Assembly (NCBI GenBank): GCA_002269645.1
Contig: NIVC01003126.1
Location: 26,235 to 90,234, forward strand
Direction: 5' to 3'
Source: Macrostomum lignano
Lineage: Eukaryota
Length of the DNA: 64,000 nucleotides
The notes under the pieces were generated by a model. The model did no database searches. It worked only from the letters and a program-made list of their open reading frames with translations, and was not told where the DNA came from. Positions 57,301-64,000 of this stretch are shown here, one piece after another. Numbering within the stretch: the stretch's first letter is position 1; each line of letters begins with the position of its first letter. Made by a program: the position numbers and the translations under genes.

Positions 57301-60157
57301 ATGCAACCCTACGCTCAGCCACTGAAGCCAGTCCAGCCAATACGAAAAATATTGAATACGACTATATTGAATATACTCCAGCTTGTATCCAGAAAAAAAC
57401 ACCGCCATAAATAATTAATCGCCTCGCCCCATGTCCCCCGGTCGCTGGCCATCGAGCAGCTTCTCCAGTCTGCTACAATCTTTATTTTTATGGCTGCATA
57501 ATGGCCATTGTCCTACAACCAGCGTTGTGGCAAATCTGCCCATTCCGATAACTCCTTGGCACATAATTAAGCGCGCCAATACTGTACGCAGGCACGCACT
57601 CATACACAAGCTCAGAAAATGGCGTCACAATCTCAAATGAAATGGCGCCACAAACTCAATTAAAATGGCGCCACAAGCCGAATTGAAATGGCGCCACAAC
57701 CTCTACTGAAATGGCACCACAAACTTGAATGAATTGGCGGCACAACCTCAAATGAAATGGCGCCACACACTCCATTGAAATGGCGCCACAACCTTGAATG
57801 AATTGGCGCCACAACGTCAAATAAAGAGGCGCCACACACTTAAATGAAAAGGCGCCACACACTCAATTAAATGGCGCCACACACTCAAATTAAATGGCGC
57901 CACACACTCAAATTAAATGGCACTACACACTCAAATTAAATGGCGCCACACACTCAAATTAAATGGCGCCACACACTCAAATTAAATGGCGCTACACACT
58001 CAAATTAAATTGCGCCTAAACGTCAAATAAAATGGTGTCACAGCCTCAGCTTAAATGGCGCCACACCTCTAGTTGAAATGGCGCCCCAACCTCTGAAATG
58101 GCGCCAATAACTCAACTTTAATGGCGCCACACCCTCCATTGAAATGGCGCCACAACCTCAACTGAAATGGCGCCAATAACTCAACTTTAATGGCGCCACA
58201 CCCTCCATTGAAATGACGCCACAACCTCAACTGAATTAGCGCCACAACTTCAAATAAAATAGCGCCACAACCTCAACTGAATTAGCGCCACAACTTTAAA
58301 TAAAATAGCGCCACAACCTCAACTGAATTGGCGCCACAACCTCAAATGAAATGGTGCCAAAACCTCAACTGAATTGGCACCACAACCTCAAATGAAATGG
58401 CGCCACAACCTCGAATGAAATAGCGCCACACACTCAAATCAAAAAGGTGTTAATAGGTAACTAAGATTGCTGAATATATGCGTGTGAGTTTGAGTTACGG
58501 AGACTTAGCTTTATCTAAGTACACTGGAAAATGTCATTCAAAGGTTAGCAGTCGTAGGGAATTTTCTCCCCAATCGCTCAACAATAAGTAGCTTATTGAC
58601 GTAAAACAAGTAGAATACTTGAGCAGCACTGCCTTTCAACACACCATTGGAATTGGAACTTATTGAGTAGCTTAAATTGAAATTCATAGCTCGAAGACAA
58701 AAAAAAGCGTCTAGCAATTTTTTTATGCTTCAATAACTACAGAAGGTGAAGTTTCAATTTGCGAACGTAACGATTTCTCTCCGTTTCTCGTGAGGTTTTA
58801 AATTCCACTTACAGTTTTAGCTACCCTGGACGCCTGCAGGTCTTATGCATTTGCGGTAGAGAAGCACTCTTAACAGATAATAGTAAGACAAAACTCAATA
58901 TTATTTGCGACGCGTTTCGGCTAAAACTAGCCATCTTCAGGCACTATCGAACAGAATTTATTTCAACCTATTAAATACTGTGTAGATAATTTTTTCCAAT
59001 ATAATATATATATATATATATCTTTTCAATACCTGATTTTGTCGTCTACACAGTATTTAATAGGTTGAAATAAATTCTGTTCGATAGTGCCTGAAGATGG
59101 CTAGTTTTAGCCGAAACGCGTCGCAAATAATATTGAGTTTTGTCTTATGCATTTACCGGTATAGTCCTAGGTCGGAGCCAGCTACCCGTATGTGGCGCCC
59201 ATAAGCTTGAAAAGTGGCGCCCCATAAGCTTGGAAAGTGGCGCCCCATAGGCTGAAAGAGTGGCGCCCCATAAGCTTGAAAAGTGGCGCCCCATAGGCTG
59301 AAAGAGTGGCGCCCCATAAGCTTGGAAAGTGGCGCCCCATAGGCTGAAAGAGTGGCGCCCCATAAGCTTGGAAAGTGGCGCCCCATAGGCTGAAAGAGTG
59401 GCGCCCCATAAGCTTGGAAAGTGGCGCCCCATAGGCTGCAAGACTGGCGCCCCATAAGCTTGAAAAGTGGCGCCCCATAGGCTGAAAGAGTGGCGCCCCA
59501 TAAGCTTGGAAAGTGGCGCCCCATAGGCTGAAAGAGTGGCGCCCCATAAGCTTGGAAAGTGGCGCCCCATAGGCTGAAAGAGTGGCGCCCCATAAGCTTG
59601 AAAAGTGGCGCCCCATAGGCTGAAAGAGTGGCGCCCCATAAGCTTGGAAAGTGGACCCCATAGGCTGAAAGAGTGGCGCCCCATAAGCTTGGAAAGTGGC
59701 GCCTCATAGGCTGAACGAGTGGCGCCCCATAGGCTGCAAGAGTGGCGCCTCAAAGGCTGAAAAAAGTGGCGCGGATTTTTGCTTCTCTCTCTGCGTCGCT
59801 AAAAATCGGAAAAGAAATTTAAAAGTTTCTTTCATATCCTCAACGTCTACTACAAGTAGCCTATATGAGAATTTTTTTCAATTAATTAACGCAGGAAACA
59901 GTCACCTACTGCGAGTGAACGAAATGTGGAACCGTCTGCTGAAACGTCTGGATAGTCGCGGATGCATTTTGAAATCGAAAGAGGCATCGTTTCCCTTCGT
60001 TGGTGAATCGAAGCAGGCTCCCTGGTTTCATCCGGATTCTGCGGAGGCAAAAGCAGCGAGGGCCAACACGGAGTTGAAGAGCGACTCCGATCGTGGGGCC
60101 AGCTCTGACGATAGCCCTGCCGGTGGAGATGAAGATAGCGATTGTAGTGACTATTGA
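45323..60157 (+). CDS. HELZ2: HELZ2-like protein: RNB (RNase II/R) domain plus UPF1-like SF1 helicase, about 2041 aa
   Basis: Exons 45323-49055, 49150-49347, 51415-52553, 52689-53141, 56080-56419 and 59895-60157 splice in frame (6126 nt). RNB motifs TIDDESTRMFDDALS and FTSPLWRYTDLLIHR. Helicase motifs WGPPG|TGKT, IIIDEAGM, LLGDHKQLRP, QYRM|HP, CQGSEFDYVILSLVRS, NVALTRARRGLFIIG|N. The start may lie further upstream (acceptor-like CAG at 45304). Confidence 0.88.
56498..56928. repeat. 15-bp minisatellite (GCCCCTGGTGCTAAA)n, intronic
   Basis: About 28 tandem units. Confidence 0.97.
57640..58440. repeat. Degenerate ~27-bp minisatellite with AAATGGCGCCACA core
   Basis: Recurrent TGGCGCCACA motif at regular spacing. 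Confidence 0.9.
58884..59147. repeat. Perfect 103-bp inverted repeat, each arm with a hammerhead-like core
   Basis: 58884-58986 is the reverse complement of 59045-59147; the 58-bp spacer contains (AT)n. Confidence 0.93.
59088..59125 (+). ncRNA. Minimal type I hammerhead ribozyme-like motif (Penelope-type); mirror copy at 58906-58943 on the minus strand
   Basis: CTGAAGA-T-GGCTA-GTTT-TAGCC-GAAAC-GC-GTC: conserved core, 5-bp stem II and palindromic ACGCGT stem III. Stem I is only 3 bp (TGC/GCA). Confidence 0.65.
59190..59760. repeat. 46-bp (2 x 23-bp) minisatellite with AGTGGCGCCCCATA core
   Basis: Alternating AGCTTGGAAAGTGGCGCCCCATA and GGCTGAAAGAGTGGCGCCCCATA units. Confidence 0.95.
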
Positions 60158-60689
60158 CCAGCTCTGGCTAATTTGGATGGGTAACAGGGAGAGAGGTAGA
60201 TAGAGAGGGACACAGGTAGAGGCAGAGGTAGAGGTAGGTAGAGATGTAGAGAGGTAGGTAGAGGGAGGTAGAGAGGGAGAGAGGTAGGTAGAGAGGTAGA
60301 TAGAGAGGGAGAGAGGTAGAGAGAGAGAGAAATGTGCAGAACACTTGTATTTAATTCTAGCAGACTTAAATATGTTATCTCTTATTTACATTCTAATTTT
60401 TTTCAATAAAGTAAACAATAACTCTTTTAATTTGATATTTTTGTTTTTGCTTTTAGCTTGCGTGGTTTTCGCGCATTTTGCCATGCAAAAACTGTATATT
60501 GTAGCCAATATTATCCATTTTTATCGAATTTTCTTATCTTCTCAGCAACCACATGACTGACGCGCCATGGTCTAGCAACAAAAAATATTTTATTACGCAG
60601 TGATAAGACTTCCTCGATACCGACGTAATAGCACCTAGCAACCGTTTATGAACAAGACTGACGCGCATAACAACCAAATTCGTTCCCTT

Positions 60690-61275
60690 AGCAACCACAT
60701 TAGCATCATTAGCAACGACATTAGCGCCATTAGCAACCAAATAAGCACCATTAGCAACCAAATTAGCGGCCTTAGCAACCAAAATAGGATCATCAGCAAC
60801 CGAATTCGCGCCATTCGAAACAAATTGGCGCCATTAGCAACCAAATTAGCGCCATTAGCAACCAAATAAGCGCCATTAGAAACCACACTAGCGCCATTAG
60901 CAACTAAATTAGCGTCATCAGCAACCAAATAAGCGCTATTAGAAACCACACTATCGCCATTAGCAACCAAATTAGCGGCCTTAGCAACCAAAATAGGATC
61001 ATTAGCAACCGAATTCGCGCCATTCAAGACAAATTGGCGCCATTAGCAACCAAATTAGCGCCATTAGCAACCAAATAAGCGCCATTAGAAACCACACTAG
61101 CGCCATTAGCAACCAAAAAAGCGCCATTAGAAACCACACTAGTGCCATTAGCAACCAAATTATCGTCAATAGCAACCAAATTAGCGCCATTAGCAACCAA
61201 AAAGCTTCATTAGCAACCAAAAGAGCGTCATTAGCAACCAAAAAGCGCCATCAGCAACCAAAAAAGCGCCATATT
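60690..61275. repeat. Degenerate 21-bp minisatellite (TTAGCAACCAAATTAGCGCCA)n
   Basis: Tandem units, including a ~180-bp higher-order duplication. Confidence 0.92.
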
Positions 61276-61679
61276 AGCAAACCAAATATTTACATTTTAA
61301 AAGCAACATCACAACTTCTCTTATATATCCGATGCATTATTTTCTAAACTGTTTAGTTTAGAAATATATTTCTTCAGATAGATATTGCTGAGATATTTCT
61401 ATCTATCTTCATATTTCTTCATGTTTTCATGATATTTCTTCATTTTTTATTCTCACCAGGCTCTAATGGTCTTTGCTGTTTGCCTGGTTGTCTTTTTCCA
61501 GACGCAGATTGTTTGCCTAATGTAATTTAAAATTTGTTTTGCTGTGTTTGATGCGTGTTACGCGTCACTATTTAAATTTCCGTTTCTAAGAAATACTCAG
61601 CAACAGCGACAGCCCGGTCCCCTCACTCACGCTATCACACAGCCGAAAAGTTTTGCGTGCCATGCATAATCATAGCTTA

Positions 61680-61899
61680 CACCTGCCCTAATGGGCCAGA
61701 TGTGCAACCGACAGCTCAGCCGCAGGACTGGGGGGTCGCCACACACACCCTCAATTACCTCAGCTGATTCCGGCACCCATTTTACAGCTGGATTAAAGGT
61801 GTTTTGCTCAAGGACACAAATTGTTTCTAGTTGGGTCGAGAATCGAACCCCCGACCTTCCAGTAGTGAGTCCAATGCTCTAACCGCTATGGGCTACAAC
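61680..61899 (-). mobile_element. tRNA-derived SINE, copy 3 (internal deletion)
   Basis: Same family as 39055-39338. Confidence 0.82.
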
Positions 61900-63369
61900 C
61901 TCTAGGCTTATTTAAACAGGTCGTCTCTCCCATATATGAACCCCATCAAGCATGCCTGAGAGCTGTTGCTGAGTGCATTCCAAATGCACAAGCCGTCTCA
62001 TAATTTAACGATTGTAAAAAGCTTCTCCCGATCAATAGCTTACTACTCTCTCTGCTCCACATTGTTGTACATGACTCACTCTCTCTTGCCTAAGCTTAAT
62101 TATTGTTTAACAAGTCCTGACCAATCATGCATCACTTCGCGACTACGCCCACCAAAAAACAACTGGAAAATATATTAAGCAGACATTATTAAGCAAACTC
62201 ACTTTACAATTTTTTTGCAAGTCAGTTTTCTATTATTTTTTTGAAATAGCTACATTCTTAACAGTAATGTGGTCACAACTGTCACAACTGCTTTGCTCGC
62301 GGCCAACTTTCACCGGCACATCCTCGTCACTCGTCACTGATGGTTCTCCTCTTGACGGCTCTGCTACTTAGTCTCTGGGCCGTAGCAGTGGACGAAGATT
62401 GCGACTCGACTGAGACTGTCTAAATCAGTCAGGGTGGGCAGCATGATGACCGAAATTCAGTAGAACTTTGGCGACCACATGTTTCCTGTAGCAGGAAGCA
62501 GGAAGCACCCCAGGTATAAAAGTTCCAGAGAGAACTTTAAAATAGAAATAACCCGTGCACGCTTAAATAACAGTAGATTGATTAAAAAAGTTTGCCCTGA
62601 TTCGTTTCGCGTCGAGTAAACTTGTGTTGATAATAAAATAACTTCGTCAAATTTGAATTTTTACTATATAGGAATATAGTCTCATAAAATCTTAAAAATA
62701 GGATTCGTGAAAACATTTTTCCTCATTAAAAAGCGAAAAACTTTCCATAATCTTAAAAGCCCCGTTAAAAGCTCCGACAGCACTGAAGAGAATCAGTGAT
62801 AAAGTCAAATATGATGTTTCTTTTTTAATTGCTTATTTCTGTCTCGCTTTGAAAGATCTTATGACGAGCTGAATTAGCAAGCAACGGCAGCAGTGGACTA
62901 ACAGGTGAAACTGACATCAATCTGTCAATTCAATTAGTCAGAAGTGAAATTTCTGCGCCACATCAGGCAGCCTGTGCAGCGAATTAATGTACTTTTAATA
63001 TTCAGCTTTGGCCCTAAGGCTCTCATTAGTCTACACGTGCGCAGCTTGCGTTACACGCAAGAGAACTTTTAGCAACTCTAAAAGGCTGGCCACCTACAGC
63101 CTACCTCTACTTCCACTGACATCTCATTCAGTTTCACCCATTCGGCATATTTCCCGGCAGTTCTAATAACTACAGTGACATAAACCCACAGTTGAATAAT
63201 GATTGCAACTGTCTCCAGAATTTATTTATTGAAGTCACGATGCCTCAGCTCCAGCTCAGCAAAACCCCATCGCAGTGCATTTCAGTTCACAGAGTCAATC
63301 AGCTGAAGGTCAGACAGGCGGAGTTCGCAGCGTCCAACGAAAGCCAACGCGGCAGTTGGGCGACCCGTG

Positions 63370-63803
63370 TCAGGTGCAGCTGAAGGTCAGCTGCGTTCTC
63401 GTCAGGCAAATATAAGCGCCGAATACGTCTGTTGCTACGCAGTATCCAAGGCAAAATATTTCATCCACTTGGTTTTCAGCAATCACACCATTTGGGTTAA
63501 AGAAGTGACAGTACCGGAACCACCAACCGGTTTTCTTTGTTTGTGTTACTGAGCAGGACCCATGAAGGCCGTCATTGTCCCCATCGTAAGTGCTGAACTG
63601 CTGAAGGTTGTGAAACCGTCGTGTGTCATTATAGAGGTCGCCACCCGGATCCTCACCCCCGAGCATCAGTGTGTAGTTCGTGTCTTCTCCGCGCACCTGA
63701 AAGCCAGTGAAAGTCTGACGCATCAGTGAGCCGTCAAATCGAGCTCCCTCAAAGGTGAACTTGCAGTTCCGGTCCTTCGTCATGGCTGACAGCTGCTCCA
63801 GAC
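63370..63803 (-). CDS. Last exon of a fibrinogen-related domain (FReD) protein; the gene extends beyond the window
   Basis: Acceptor CTCGCAG|GT, then (G)LEQLSAMT...FQVRGEDTNYTLMLG...GD...HNLQQFSTYDGDND...C...GWWFRYCHFFNPNG, which fits the fibrinogen C-terminal consensus. Confidence 0.88.
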
Positions 63804-64000
63804 CTGCGAGATCGGTGAGTTAAGAATTGCCTATCAACTGTGGCGGCCGCACTGCTTTAAAGCGATGGTTTTGGACAGCTGCTTGCTTTGTTCCCCGCCA
63901 CACGTAAGGTCAAAACCGAACGGTCAGGTGGAATTATTCCTTGGCGTGATCTGTACTGTAAACATCAAATTCTTTTCTCCTTCGCCCTTCTGCCCGCTCT

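Overview
Repeat-rich genomic DNA from an invertebrate animal: spliceosomal introns, a neuropeptide precursor and tRNA-SINEs are present, but the taxon cannot be determined from this window. Host genes: a 7-copy neuropeptide precursor (9.7-10.1 kb); a 5-exon inositol 2-dehydrogenase (Gfo/Idh/MocA) gene with an intact-looking piggyBac in intron 3; PEX6, with two apparent lesions in exon 3; a 6-exon HELZ2-like RNB nuclease plus SF1 helicase; and the last exon of a fibrinogen-domain gene at the right edge. The main finding is a young, full-length 10,961-bp Ty3/Gypsy LTR element (22275-33235, minus strand). Its single 2495-aa ORF runs Gag, acidic linker, signal peptide, herpesvirus-gB-like (class III) glycoprotein, TM helix, a tail with clustered YPxI/PTAP/PPxY budding-type motifs, then protease, RT, RNase H and integrase. 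The env-like gene therefore lies in frame between gag and pol. It is followed by a 70-aa ORF with an N-myristoylation motif and a degenerate RING finger. The element sits in a CTCTC microsatellite that itself lies inside an old hAT MITE. Other content: Penelope and LINE fragments, several MITEs with target-site duplications, an inverted pair of minimal hammerhead-like motifs, and many mini- and microsatellites. All assignments come from reading motifs by eye; no database searches were run.
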